64,000 nucleotides of DNA from Eubacteriales bacterium (GCA_045576095.1 JAZNFP010000003.1:3993-67992), one strand, 5' to 3'; shown: positions 34,927 through 44,968, counted from the stretch's first letter. Notes: generated by a model not told the origin, from the letters alone. Numbers and translations are program-made.

Positions 34927-37900
34927 ATGGCAACCGAACGCCGATGGACCGAGGCGCAGAGCGCCGCGATCCGCGAAAGAAACCGCACCCTTCTGCTCTC
35001 TGCCGCTGCGGGCTCCGGAAAGACCGCAACGCTGACACAGCGCGTGATCGAGAGCATCACCGACGAAAACAGCCCGACCGACGTCACGCGTCTTCTCGTC
35101 GTAACCTTTACCAACGCCGCGGCGGGTGAGCTGCGCGATCGCATCTCGGGCGCGATCGGCGAGGCTTTGAAGAGGTCGCCGGGGAATCTCCGCCTTGCAA
35201 AGCAGCTGCTTCTCCTTCCCGACGCCGATATCTGCACCATCGACGGCTTTTGCCGCAAGCTGATCCGCGAGCACACGGCCGAGCTCGGGCTTTCTCCCGA
35301 TTTCCGAATCGGAGACGAGGCCGAGGTTGACTGCATCATGCGCTCGGTCATGGAGCAGCTCGTCAAAGGTGCCTACGAGGGGGAAGAGGCGTTTGCCGAC
35401 GAGGCGAGCTTCTGCCGCTTTGCCGACCACCTCGTCAGCTCGAAAAACGAAGCCTCCCTGATCGACATTCTCTGCCTGCTCTACGAAAAAACCGACGGCT
35501 TCCCGGGCGGCGCCGACTTTTACCGGAGCTATGCCGAGTTCGTTCGGTCGCAGATCGGACTGCCGCCACAGGAAACGCCATGGGGAAAGCGGCTTTGTCT
35601 CTCTGCCGAACGCCTTGCAAGGGAATATCGCCAAGCGCTTGCCCATGCCAGAGAGGCCATTGCCGATACGCCCGGCGCCGAGGCGAAGTACGGTCCTGCC
35701 GCCGATGCGGACCTTGCCTACCTTGACCGCCTTTTGGCAGCGAGCGAGACGGGCTACAGCGCCATTCGGGAATGCCTCTCGGACTATCATCCGCTCTCGC
35801 TGAAGGCGCTTTCCAGGCCAAGCGAGGAGACCGAGCGCTTGAAGGAGCTTCGCACGCGCTGGAAGGCCAAGCGAAAGGAGCTTTGCGATCGCTTCCTCTA
35901 CACGGCGGACGAATGGACTCCCTTCCTTTCGGAGTTTGCCGAGGTCACGGCCTGCCTGTCGGGGCTCATGGCGCGCTTTGAAGAGCTGTTCTCCGCCGAA
36001 AAACGGCGCAGGAATCTTCTCAGCTTCGGGGATCTTGAGCATTTTGCGCTTTCGCTTCTGACCCACAACGGAACGCCCACGCCACTGGCGAGCGAGATCG
36101 GCTCGCACTACGACGCCGTTTACGTGGACGAGTATCAGGACGTCAACTCGGTCCAGCACAGCATATTTGAGGCGATCGCCGGGGAGCGCAACCGCTTTAT
36201 GGTCGGCGATATCAAGCAAAGCATCTACTCCTTCCGCCTCGCCGAGCCCGATATTTTTGCATCCCTGCGCGCGACGTATCCGCCGCTTGCCGAAGCGGGA
36301 GACTCCCCCTGCGCCTCGATTTTTATGAGCGAAAATTTCCGTTGCGACGAGTCGGTCATCGACTTTGTCAACGCGATATTCGACCGTCTTCTCGGCGCGG
36401 CGGGCGAGTCGATCGGCTATCGCCCCGAGGACCGTCTGACCTTTGCCAAGGCAAAGCCCGAGGGGGTCGAGCCGACCCCCGCCGTGCTTGCACTCTTTCA
36501 CAAGGAGAAAAGCGCGGCGGACGATGATGAGGAAGGGGGACAAGCCGAGCGGGAGACGACAGATCCCGAGCCGCTTTGGGTCGCCGATGAGATCGAGCGG
36601 CTTCTGCAAGGCGGCCGCCTTGCAAACGGAAAGCCGATCGAGCCCTCTGATATTGCCATTTTGCTCCGCTCGACGAAGAGCCGCGCCGCGCTTTACCGCG
36701 ACGCGCTTCGGAAAAAGGGAATCGCCGCCGTCTCGGAGGATAAGGACGACTTTTTCTTGAATCCCGAGATCCTGCTTGCGCTCTGCCTTCTCAATACCGT
36801 GGACAACCCCCGACGCGACGTTTACCTCTCGGGGCTGCTTCTTTCTCCGCTTTACCGCTTTCTCCCCGAGGAGCTCGCCGAGATCCGACGGGAATCCGAA
36901 AAAAGCCTTCCGCTTTACGATGCGCTCCTTGCCTACGTTGAGCGACACCCCTCGTTTGAGAAGGGCGTTCATTTCCTAAAGCGCCTAGGCTTTTTGCGCG
37001 AATCGGCAGAGGGAATGCCGATCGACCGCCTGCTTTTGCTCCTCTTCTCCGAAACGGGGCTCCTTTCGGTCGGCGGCGCCGACGGAAAGGGCGGACGGCA
37101 GAATCTGCTTCTTCTCTATCATTACGCCAGAAGCTTTGCCGCCTCGTCCTTCAAGGGGCTCTACCAATTCATCGAGTACGTCAACGAAATCATCCGAAAC
37201 CGCCGAACCTTCCGCTCGGTCAGCGAATCGACAGCCGATCCGATGGCGGTCCGTATCCTGACGATTCACGGCTCGAAGGGGCTTGAGTTCCCCGTTTGCT
37301 TCGTCGCCGATTGCGGAAAGAGCCTATCGCCAAAGGATCTTCGCAACACTTGGCTCTTTGACGGAAAGCTCGGCTTTGCCCTCCTGCTCCGCGATGCCAG
37401 CGGCTTTGCCAGAGTCAACAACCCGATCCGCACGGCGGTTGCCGACAGAATCTCCGAAAGGACGGCAGAGGAGGAGCTCCGTCTCCTTTATGTCGCTCTT
37501 ACACGCGCACGCGAACGCCTTTACGTGACGGGATGCGTGCCGGCAACTCAGAGCTTTGAGAATTTTCTCTCCAAATGCCGCCTGAACCGACATATCCTCT
37601 CGGGCTCAACGGTGCGCGACGCCGCATCCTATCTCGAATGGGTGCTGTCCGCCCTCGGCGAGGACGGTGGGGGGGTTGCAAAGATTCTCGTGGATCCGCC
37701 ATTTTCCGAGGAAAGCGCGGAGGAAGGCAGGACCGACGGAGCCGACGAACCCGAAAAGGAGGACGCCGCTCTCGTTTCTCTTTTCCGCGAGCGCTTTTCC
37801 TTCGTTTATCCGAACGCGCATCTCAACAGGCTTCCCGGCAAGCTCTCCGTCTCTCGCCTCTCCCCATCGGTGCTTGACGAAAGCAACGACACGGCAGCTC

Positions 37901-38553
37901 ACCTTGAAGTCGCAAAAGAGCTTGAAAACGACCGAACCCCCCCTCGTCTCCCGCTCTTTTACGGAGGGGAGGACCCTTCTATCGGCGCCAAGCGAGGAAC
38001 GGCGACGCATGAGTTCCTGCAATTCTGCGACCTTGCCGCACTCCGTCAAGGCGACGTTTCATCAGAGCTCCGGCGACTCGTTTCCGAGAAATTTCTTCCT
38101 CCCTACAAGGCGGAGCTCGTCCGCACGCAGGAGCTTCGGCGCTTTGCCGCCTCCCCCCTGCTCGGCGAAATGCTTTCGGCAAAGCGGCTTTATCGGGAGC
38201 TTCGCTTTAACTCGATGCTTCCCGCCGCGCTCTTTACCGAGGATACGGAGCTTCGTGCGGCGGTTGGCGATCGGAGCATTCTGGTGCAGGGCGTGATCGA
38301 CTGTCTCTTTGAAACGGCATCGGGCGAGCTCGTTCTCGTCGATTATAAAACCGATCGGCTTGACGCGAAAAATCCGATTCAATCGAAGCGCGAGCTCGTC
38401 CTTCGGCACAGGCAGCAGCTTCTTTACTACGCCATGGCGGTTCAGCGTATGCTCGGGCGCACACCCGATCGCGTTCTTCTCTATTCGCTCTGCCTCTCGG
38501 ACACCGCCGAGCTTGACCCTGCCGATCTCGCGCTTCTCCGAGATGCGACGTAG
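34927..38553 (+). CDS. addA: helicase-exonuclease AddAB subunit AddA (UvrD-like helicase + RecB-family nuclease)
   Basis: 1208 aa. WTEAQSAAI...SAAAGSGKTATL (Walker A), VDEYQD, TIHGSKGLEF, and the C-terminal nuclease motif QGVIDCLFE...LVLVDYKTD. Confidence 0.85.
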   Translation: MATERRWTEAQSAAIRERNRTLLLSAAAGSGKTATLTQRVIESITDENSPTDVTRLLVVTFTNAAAGELRDRISGAIGEALKRSPGNLRLAKQLLLLPDADICTIDGFCRKLIREHTAELGLSPDFRIGDEAEVDCIMRSVMEQLVKGAYEGEEAFADEASFCRFADHLVSSKNEASLIDILCLLYEKTDGFPGGADFYRSYAEFVRSQIGLPPQETPWGKRLCLSAERLAREYRQALAHAREAIADTPGAEAKYGPAADADLAYLDRLLAASETGYSAIRECLSDYHPLSLKALSRPSEETERLKELRTRWKAKRKELCDRFLYTADEWTPFLSEFAEVTACLSGLMARFEELFSAEKRRRNLLSFGDLEHFALSLLTHNGTPTPLASEIGSHYDAVYVDEYQDVNSVQHSIFEAIAGERNRFMVGDIKQSIYSFRLAEPDIFASLRATYPPLAEAGDSPCASIFMSENFRCDESVIDFVNAIFDRLLGAAGESIGYRPEDRLTFAKAKPEGVEPTPAVLALFHKEKSAADDDEEGGQAERETTDPEPLWVADEIERLLQGGRLANGKPIEPSDIAILLRSTKSRAALYRDALRKKGIAAVSEDKDDFFLNPEILLALCLLNTVDNPRRDVYLSGLLLSPLYRFLPEELAEIRRESEKSLPLYDALLAYVERHPSFEKGVHFLKRLGFLRESAEGMPIDRLLLLLFSETGLLSVGGADGKGGRQNLLLLYHYARSFAASSFKGLYQFIEYVNEIIRNRRTFRSVSESTADPMAVRILTIHGSKGLEFPVCFVADCGKSLSPKDLRNTWLFDGKLGFALLLRDASGFARVNNPIRTAVADRISERTAEEELRLLYVALTRARERLYVTGCVPATQSFENFLSKCRLNRHILSGSTVRDAASYLEWVLSALGEDGGGVAKILVDPPFSEESAEEGRTDGADEPEKEDAALVSLFRERFSFVYPNAHLNRLPGKLSVSRLSPSVLDESNDTAAHLEVAKELENDRTPPRLPLFYGGEDPSIGAKRGTATHEFLQFCDLAALRQGDVSSELRRLVSEKFLPPYKAELVRTQELRRFAASPLLGEMLSAKRLYRELRFNSMLPAALFTEDTELRAAVGDRSILVQGVIDCLFETASGELVLVDYKTDRLDAKNPIQSKRELVLRHRQQLLYYAMAVQRMLGRTPDRVLLYSLCLSDTAELDPADLALLRDAT

Positions 38554-38576
38554 TGGATTTTCCGCTCCTTGCCGTA

Positions 38577-38605
38577 TTGACAAACCCCCATTTTCTATGT
38601 ATAAT
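38577..38605 (+). promoter_or_regulatory. consensus sigma-A promoter of alaS
   Basis: TTGACA-17 nt-TATAAT. A CCGCCG-CACG-CGGCGG hairpin sits in the short leader. Confidence 0.65.
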
Positions 38606-38672
38606 ACTGTATTGTATTTGAAATCGTTATCCGCCGCACGCGGCGGGTCTTGAAAGGAACGGTATCGGTCTG

Positions 38673-41300
38673 ATGAAATGGACTTCGCTGAACGACTTGA
38701 GAGAAAAGTATCTCTCGTTTTTTGAGAGCAAGGGGCATCTGCGCCTTCCGAGCTTCCCGCTCGTTCCGATCGGAGATAAATCGCTTCTCCTGATCAACTC
38801 GGGCATGGCTCCGATGAAAAAGTATTTTACGGGCGAGGAGGTTCCGCCGCGCACGCGCGTGACCACCTGCCAAAAGTGCATCCGCACACCCGATCTCGAG
38901 CGCGTCGGACATACGGCGCGGCACGGCACCTTCTTTGAGATGCTCGGAAACTTCTCCTTCGGGGACTACTTCAAAAGCGAGGCAATCGCTTGGGCTTGGG
39001 AGTTTTTGACCTCTCCCGACTGGCTCGGTATCCCAAAGGAGCTTCTCTGGCCCTCGATCTACGAGAAGGACGAGGAGGCGTTCGTTCTCTGGAACGAGGT
39101 CATCGGCGTTCCGAAGGAGCAGATCACCCGTCTCGGCAAGGCCGATAACTTCTGGGAGCACGGCTCGGGTCCCTGCGGTCCCTGCTCGGAGATCTATTTC
39201 GATCGCGGAATCAAGTACGGCTGCGGCAAGCCCGACTGCCGTCCCGGCTGCGACTGCGACCGCTATATGGAGATCTGGAACAACGTTTTCTCCCAGTTTA
39301 ATAACGACGGAAACGGAAACTATACCGAGCTCGTGCAAAAGAACATCGATACGGGGATGGGCCTTGAGCGTCTCGCCTGCGTCATGCAGGGTGTAGACAA
39401 TATGTTCGAGGTAGATACCAACCGCCGCATTCTCGAGACGGTCTGCAACATTGCGGGAAAGACCTACGGAGACGACAAGGCAAACGACGTTTCGATCCGC
39501 GTTTGCACCGATCATATCAAAAGCGCCATGTTCATGATCTGCGACGGCGTCATTCCCTCGAACGAGGGCCGCGGCTACGTGCTTCGCCGCATCATCCGCC
39601 GCGCCTGCCGACACGGAAAGCTGCTTGGCGTTGATCGGCCGTTCCTCGCCGAGCTCTGCTGTGTTGCGATGGGAGAAAACGCTTCGGCATATCCCGAGCT
39701 TTCTGTCAAGCGCGACTATATCCTCAAGGTTCTTTCCATCGAGGAGGAGCGCTTTGACGCGACCATCGACGCGGGGCTTTCGATTCTCTCAACGATGATG
39801 GAGAAGGCCAAGGCAAGCGGACTCTCGATTCTTTCGGGCGAGGACGCCTTCAAGCTCTACGATACCTTCGGATTCCCGATTGACCTCACCCGAGAGATCG
39901 TTGAGGAAAACGGACTTTCGCTTGATCACGATACCTTCCTTTCCCTGATGAACGAGCAAAGAACGCGCGCCAGAGCCGCACGCGGAAGCGTTGGCGGCTG
40001 GGCAAGCGGCTCGGGAAGCCTTCTCGGCGATCTCCCCGTAACCGAGTTCGTCGGCTATACCGATACCCACTGCAAGGGCAAGGTGCTTGCCATCGTTGCA
40101 AACGATATGCTCGTTGACGAGCTGAGCGAGGGTGAGTGCTCGATTGTCCTTGACCGAACCGTTTTCTACGGAGAGGGGGGCGGTCAGGTCGGAGATATCG
40201 GAACGATCGTCGGAGACGGCGTTTCGCTTACCGTTGACGACACCAAAAAGACCGACGGCATTTACGTGCATCTTTGCACGCTGGAAAAGGGTGCGGTTAA
40301 GGTTGGAGACGAGCTGACGCTGTCTCTTGACAAGCCGAGACGAGACGCTATTTGCCGCAACCACTCCGCCTGCCATCTTCTCCAGGCTGCTCTGCGAGAG
40401 GTGCTCGGCTCGCACGTCGAGCAGGCGGGATCCTACGTGGATGCCGAGCGCTGCCGCTTTGACTTCTCGCATTATTCGGCGATGACTGCCGAGGAGATTG
40501 CCCGCGTTGAGGAGATCGTCAACCGCCGTATCCTGCTTTCCGAGACGGTCGAAACCTCTCTGACGGATATGGAAACGGCACGTGCAAACGGCGCTATGGC
40601 GCTCTTCGGAGAAAAGTACGGCAAGATCGTCCGTATGGTCAGGATGGGAGACTTTTCGACCGAGCTTTGCGGCGGAACGCACGTTTCGAGTACCGGCAAT
40701 ATTGGACTTTTCCGAGTGACCTCCGAAAGCTCGGTGGCTGCCGGCGTTCGCCGCATCGAGGCGGTGACGGGACTTGGCGTTCTGAAGCTTCTCACCGAGC
40801 GCGAGACGCTCATTCACGAAACCGCACACGAGCTGAAGGCGGCAAGCGACAGGGATATCCTCCGTCGCGCCGCGCAGCTAGACGTTGAGCTCCGCGAGCT
40901 TCGCCGCTCTCTCGAGTCTGCCGAGGCAAAGCTTGCATCGGCAAAGCTTGATTCTCTGCTCGACAGCGCCACGAGCGTCGGCTCTCTCCGTCTTCTGACC
41001 GCAAGGCTCGATATGAAGCCCGATGCCGCCCGCAGCATCTGCGACGGCATTAAGGCAAAATTCGGGAATATGGTTGCGGTTTTTGCCACCGTCTCGGACG
41101 GCAAGCTCAACTTCGTTGCCGTTTGCGGTGCCGACGCCGTCAAGGCGGGTGCACATGCCGGTAACATCCTCAAAACCATCAGCGTCATTGCGGGCGGAAA
41201 GGGGGGCGGACGTCCCGACAGCGCCATGAGCGGCGGACGCGATCTCGACAAGATCGACCAGGCCCTTGCCGCCGTTGCCGCTCTTCTTCCGAACGCATAA
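38673..41300 (+). CDS. alaS: alanine--tRNA ligase
   Basis: 875 aa. FFESKGH..LPS, HTFFEMLGNFSFGDYFK, the editing-domain HSACHLLQ motif, and a C-terminal DHHA1-like region ending GGKGGGRPD. Confidence 0.95.
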   Translation: MKWTSLNDLREKYLSFFESKGHLRLPSFPLVPIGDKSLLLINSGMAPMKKYFTGEEVPPRTRVTTCQKCIRTPDLERVGHTARHGTFFEMLGNFSFGDYFKSEAIAWAWEFLTSPDWLGIPKELLWPSIYEKDEEAFVLWNEVIGVPKEQITRLGKADNFWEHGSGPCGPCSEIYFDRGIKYGCGKPDCRPGCDCDRYMEIWNNVFSQFNNDGNGNYTELVQKNIDTGMGLERLACVMQGVDNMFEVDTNRRILETVCNIAGKTYGDDKANDVSIRVCTDHIKSAMFMICDGVIPSNEGRGYVLRRIIRRACRHGKLLGVDRPFLAELCCVAMGENASAYPELSVKRDYILKVLSIEEERFDATIDAGLSILSTMMEKAKASGLSILSGEDAFKLYDTFGFPIDLTREIVEENGLSLDHDTFLSLMNEQRTRARAARGSVGGWASGSGSLLGDLPVTEFVGYTDTHCKGKVLAIVANDMLVDELSEGECSIVLDRTVFYGEGGGQVGDIGTIVGDGVSLTVDDTKKTDGIYVHLCTLEKGAVKVGDELTLSLDKPRRDAICRNHSACHLLQAALREVLGSHVEQAGSYVDAERCRFDFSHYSAMTAEEIARVEEIVNRRILLSETVETSLTDMETARANGAMALFGEKYGKIVRMVRMGDFSTELCGGTHVSSTGNIGLFRVTSESSVAAGVRRIEAVTGLGVLKLLTERETLIHETAHELKAASDRDILRRAAQLDVELRELRRSLESAEAKLASAKLDSLLDSATSVGSLRLLTARLDMKPDAARSICDGIKAKFGNMVAVFATVSDGKLNFVAVCGADAVKAGAHAGNILKTISVIAGGKGGGRPDSAMSGGRDLDKIDQALAAVAALLPNA

Positions 41301-41314
41301 GAACAAATCAAAAA

Positions 41315-42733
41315 ATGAGACGAATTTTCTCAAAGCCCTTTCAACTGATTTTTTCGACAAGATACATGATCAAGCCGAAAAATCTGTTGGCAGACGATCT
41401 GAATTCCAAATCCATGTACGCCATCTTTTTAAGGATGGCGTACCCTGCTTTACTCGAGTCAATTCTGATCGGCATTATCTCCTTCGTGGATACGCTGATG
41501 GTCAGCTCGCTTGGCGAAGCGTCGATTGCCGCCGTCGGACTGACGACGCAGCCGCGCATGATCTTCTACGCCGTGATTACCTCTCTCTCCATCGGCGTCA
41601 ACGCAGTCTGCGCCAGGCGAAAGGGGCAGCAAAACAGAGAGGGCGCCAACCGCGTGCTCACCGAAGCGCTCCCCATCGTCTTTCTCCTTGCGCTTGTCTT
41701 TTTTACGATCTCGCTTCTCTTCTCCGAGCCGCTGCTTCGCTTTGCGGGCGCCAAGGACGATACCATCGTCGAGGCGGTTTCCTATTATCGCATCACGATG
41801 CTCGGCATGATCTTCACCTCGGTCTCTCTGACCGTCAACGCGGCACAGCGCGGATGCGGAAAAACGCGCATTTCAATGACGACCAATCTCGTTGCCAACG
41901 TCGTCAACGTGATCTTGAACGCGCTTCTCATCAACGGTCTCCTCTTCTTGCCGAGGCTTGGGGTTACGGGAGCCGCGATCGCCACTGCGATGGGCAATTT
42001 TTCTGCCATGCTGATGTCGCTTCTTTCGGTAAGAAAAAAGAACGGCTATCTCTTTTTGAGCCTTCGCCGCCTCTTTTCCTTCCGTTTTCAGAGTCTTTCG
42101 CCCGTGTTCCGCGTATTTTTCGGTGCCGCCTGTGAGCAGGTTTTTCTCCGAATTGGCTTTTTCACCTTTGCCAAAACCATCGCCGATCTCGGAACCGTCG
42201 AGTTTGCAACGCATCAGATTGCCATGACTCTGCTCGGACTCATTTATACCGTCGGCGACGGGCTTTCGGTTGCCACCTCGGCGCTCGTCGGACAAAATCT
42301 GGGGAAAAGACGCCCCGATCACGCACTCGTGTACGGGAAGATCTCCCAGCGAATCGGGTGGATCTTCTCAACCGTCATCTTCATCTCCTGCGTCCTTCTT
42401 CGGCGTCCGCTGTTTCTGCTCTTTTCCGACGATCCCACCGTCGTCAATACGGGGGAGAGGCTTGCGGTCATGATCGCCCTGATCTCGGTCGCACAGATCC
42501 AGCAGGTGATGTTCTCGGGATGCCTGCGCGGTGCGGGAGACACGCGCTATATGGCGTTCGTTTCACTCGTCTCGGTCGGTCTGCTCCGTCCTATCCTTGC
42601 ATACGTTCTCTGTTATCCGATCGGATTTGGTCTGATCGGAGCCTGGATCTCTCTGATCATCGATCAGTTTCTTCGCTTTGCACTTTCTGCCACGAGATTC
42701 TACGGGCAAAGATGGAGCAAGGTCAACCTCTGA
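41315..42733 (+). CDS. MATE family efflux transporter
   Basis: 12-TM profile with an N-terminal pattern like LRMAYPALLESIL...FVDTLMV. The start is ambiguous (41315 or 41366, MIKPKN...) and neither has a clear SD. Confidence 0.8.
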   Translation: MRRIFSKPFQLIFSTRYMIKPKNLLADDLNSKSMYAIFLRMAYPALLESILIGIISFVDTLMVSSLGEASIAAVGLTTQPRMIFYAVITSLSIGVNAVCARRKGQQNREGANRVLTEALPIVFLLALVFFTISLLFSEPLLRFAGAKDDTIVEAVSYYRITMLGMIFTSVSLTVNAAQRGCGKTRISMTTNLVANVVNVILNALLINGLLFLPRLGVTGAAIATAMGNFSAMLMSLLSVRKKNGYLFLSLRRLFSFRFQSLSPVFRVFFGAACEQVFLRIGFFTFAKTIADLGTVEFATHQIAMTLLGLIYTVGDGLSVATSALVGQNLGKRRPDHALVYGKISQRIGWIFSTVIFISCVLLRRPLFLLFSDDPTVVNTGERLAVMIALISVAQIQQVMFSGCLRGAGDTRYMAFVSLVSVGLLRPILAYVLCYPIGFGLIGAWISLIIDQFLRFALSATRFYGQRWSKVNL

Positions 42734-42742
42734 AAATCAAAT

Positions 42743-42780
42743 AAAAAGGCGCTCGAGCATTTTGCTTGGGCGCCTTTTTA
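42743..42780. terminator. bidirectional intrinsic terminator (MATE / pyrR, convergent)
   Basis: 12-bp stem GGCGCTCGAGCA-TTT-TGCTTGGGCGCC (including G-U pairs), flanked by AAAAA upstream and TTTTT downstream. Confidence 0.75.
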
Positions 42781-43329
42781 TATTTCCTCTTCTTCCCTTT
42801 TTTGAAGGATCACGACCGCCTCCTCGCCGTCACACTCCAAAAGGCGAACCGAAATCATCTCGGCGTGAGAGGTGGGAACGTTCTTGCCGACGAAATCCGC
42901 GCGGAAGGGCAGCTCCCGCAGTCCTCGGTCGATCAAAACCGCCAGACGAACGGCCGCGGGGCGTCCCAGGCGAAAGATTCCGTCGAGCGCCGCACGTACC
43001 GTCCGTCCCGTAAAGATGACGTCGTCAATGAGCACGACGGTCTTTCGGTCAACCGAAACCGAAACAGGCTCTATTTCGGCAATTTTCGTCGTCAGATCGT
43101 CTCGGTAATCGGTGACGTCCATCTCGACGACCGGTAAAGAAACCCCCTCGATCCGCTCGATATTTTCGGCAATCCGCTTTGCGAGGGGATAACCCCTGCG
43201 CTTGACACCGATCAGAAGGAGATTTTCGGCTCCGCCGTTCTTTTCCAGAATTTCGTGCGCAATCCGCATCAGAGCCCTGCCGATGGCAGAGGCGTCCATC
43301 AGCCTCGCTTTTTCCTCATACCGCTGCAT
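42778..43329 (-). CDS. pyrR: bifunctional pyrimidine regulatory protein PyrR / uracil phosphoribosyltransferase
   Basis: [17 protein letters not shown]...[17 protein letters not shown]...[19 protein letters not shown] (PRPP-binding loop). Confidence 0.9.
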   Translation of the reverse strand: MQRYEEKARLMDASAIGRALMRIAHEILEKNGGAENLLLIGVKRRGYPLAKRIAENIERIEGVSLPVVEMDVTDYRDDLTTKIAEIEPVSVSVDRKTVVLIDDVIFTGRTVRAALDGIFRLGRPAAVRLAVLIDRGLRELPFRADFVGKNVPTSHAEMISVRLLECDGEEAVVILQKREEEEI

Positions 43330-43358
43330 ATCCGTCTCTCCGTTTTTTTATCAATCCA

Positions 43359-43387
43359 ATTATATCTGCAAACCGCGCGAAAGTCAA
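43359..43387 (-). promoter_or_regulatory. predicted sigma-A promoter of pyrR
   Basis: On the minus strand, TTGACT-17 nt-TATAAT. Confidence 0.55.
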
Positions 43388-43491
43388 CTCCATTTTCCGA
43401 TTTCTTCGGCTTTGGCGTATGAAGGAGAAAAAAAAAGAAAAAAATAAGATCGTGCCTTTCCTTTTTACTTTTCCAGAAAGGAGCTTCTCTT

Positions 43492-43938
43492 ATGAAATTT
43501 GACGTTTCTTCATACAAAACACTCGTAGCAACGCGAGCCTCCTCCTCTCCGCTCCTGTCGAACTGTATCCGCGCATTTTCCGTGGGAGGACTCATCTGCG
43601 CCATCGGCGAGGGGCTTTCCCATCTTTACCGCCGGCTCGGAGCAGAGCGTGAGCTTTCCTTTACGCTCGTCTCGGTTACCCTGGTGCTGATTGCTGCAAT
43701 TTTAACGGGCCTTGGGATCTTTGATCGGATTGCACAGCGAGCCGGTGCCGGTACGCTCGTCCCGATTACCGGCTTTGCCAACTCGATTGTTTCTCCTGCC
43801 ATTGATACCAAGGCGGAAGGACTGATTCTCGGCGTGGGTGCCAAAATCTTCAGTATATCGGGTCCCGTCCTTCTCTACGCGCTTCTCTCGGGCGTTCTTT
43901 ACGGAACGGTTTATTACCTGATCACACACGTTTTTTGA
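43492..43938 (+). CDS. spoVAC: stage V sporulation protein AC
   Basis: 148 aa membrane protein. FSVGGLICAIGEG...GAGTLVPITGFANS is the SpoVAC pattern. AAAGGAG SD. Confidence 0.85.
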   Translation: MKFDVSSYKTLVATRASSSPLLSNCIRAFSVGGLICAIGEGLSHLYRRLGAERELSFTLVSVTLVLIAAILTGLGIFDRIAQRAGAGTLVPITGFANSIVSPAIDTKAEGLILGVGAKIFSISGPVLLYALLSGVLYGTVYYLITHVF

Positions 43939-43945
43939 GGTAACG

Positions 43946-44968
43946 ATGCAAAAGCCGATCTTTTTTGAAAAGCCAATCTATATCCTGTCTCACGCCAGCG
44001 CCGTCGGCGGCGAGGAGAAAAGAGGACCGCTCGGCGACCGCTTCGATTTTTGCGATCCGAGCAATCGCTTCGGCGCGAAAACCTGGGAGCTTTCCGAGAG
44101 CGAGCTCTCAAGAATCACGCTGTCCCTCGCACTCAAAAAGGCAGGGGTTTCTCATCGGGATCCCGATCTTCTGCTTGCGGGAGATCTTCAAAACCAATGC
44201 GTTGCTTCCTCGTCGGCACACGCCTGTCTCAAAATTCCCTATCTCGGCCTTTACGGTGCCTGCTCAACGTCGGCAGAGGGGCTTTATATCGGCTCATCTC
44301 TGCTTTCGTCCCGCGGCGGGCTTCATCTCGTCGCCGTGGTTACAACCTCTCACTTCTGTGCCGCCGAGCGCCAATTCCGCCTTCCTCTGGAATACGGCGG
44401 ACAAAGACCCCCGACCGCTCAATGGACGGCAACCGCAGGGGGCGCCTTTCTCATCACCGACCAAACGCCGAAAAAGCCGTCCGCAAAAATCATGGGGGGG
44501 ATGGCAGGAGTCCCGATAGACAGCCAAATTAAGGATGCCTCAAATATGGGGGCAGCCATGGCACCCGCCGCCGCACACACCCTTCTTTCCTTCTTTGAAA
44601 AAACAAAAAGCGACCCCTTGGATTTTGATGCGATCGTCACGGGTGATCTCGGATACGAGGGAAGCGAGCTGATGAAGGGAATCCTCTGCGATAACGGAGC
44701 TCCGCTTCTGAAAAATCATCTTGATTGCGGCACTCTCCTCTATAACCCATCCATTCAGGACGTTCATGCGGGGGGTTCTGGCTGCGGATGCAGCGCTTCG
44801 GTGCTTTCGGCACATTTTCTGCCTCTGCTTGAGAAGGGAGAGATCAAGCGAATGCTGTTTCTTGCGACAGGCGCTCTGATGAGCCCCTCCAGCGTTTTGC
44901 AGGGGCAGCCGATCGTCGGCGTTGCACCCTTGATCGTTTTACAGGGAAATGAGGAGGGAGAAGCGTAA
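43946..44968 (+). CDS. spoVAD: stage V sporulation protein AD
   Basis: 340 aa with a thiolase-like fold (GLYGACSTS...). Sits in the typical position between spoVAC and spoVAE. Confidence 0.85.
   Translation: MQKPIFFEKPIYILSHASAVGGEEKRGPLGDRFDFCDPSNRFGAKTWELSESELSRITLSLALKKAGVSHRDPDLLLAGDLQNQCVASSSAHACLKIPYLGLYGACSTSAEGLYIGSSLLSSRGGLHLVAVVTTSHFCAAERQFRLPLEYGGQRPPTAQWTATAGGAFLITDQTPKKPSAKIMGGMAGVPIDSQIKDASNMGAAMAPAAAHTLLSFFEKTKSDPLDFDAIVTGDLGYEGSELMKGILCDNGAPLLKNHLDCGTLLYNPSIQDVHAGGSGCGCSASVLSAHFLPLLEKGEIKRMLFLATGALMSPSSVLQGQPIVGVAPLIVLQGNEEGEA

Noticed and set aside
34909-36972. Long antisense ORFs in the six-frame track. Examples: 34909-36972 (-, 687 aa), 6187-7599 (-, 470 aa), 51625-53151 (-, 508 aa), 53488-54762 (-, 424 aa), 23889-25181 (+, 430 aa), 16919-17968 (-, 349 aa), 1771-2760 (+, 329 aa), 38595-39614 and 39789-40829 (-).
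   Set aside because: Each lies opposite a gene with unmistakable conserved motifs (addA, feoB, gyrB/gyrA, hisD, yifB, DUF1538, alaS). Their translations are Arg/Gly/Pro/Asp-rich low-complexity strings with no recognisable domains or Shine-Dalgarno sites. Stop-codon-poor antisense frames are expected in GC-rich coding DNA.
38606-38672. The hairpin CCGCCG-CACG-CGGCGG in the alaS leader, considered as an attenuator or T-box remnant.
   Set aside because: No U-run follows it, the leader is only ~65 nt, and no T-box elements are present. It is more likely a stabilising 5' stem-loop.
43330-43358. PyrR-binding hairpin in the pyrR leader (AAACGGAGAGACGGAT).
   Set aside because: It shares only the GAGAG core with the ARUCCAGAGAGGYU loop. 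There is no adjacent terminator/antiterminator pair.
43388-43491. A forespore (sigma-G/F) promoter for spoVAC-AD-AE, and the A-tract GAAGGAGAAAAAAAAAGAAAAAAATAAG (43421-43448).
   Set aside because: I could not align a convincing GnATA-15/16-CATnnTA pattern. The A-tract is simple low-complexity sequence between divergent promoters, not a repeat element.
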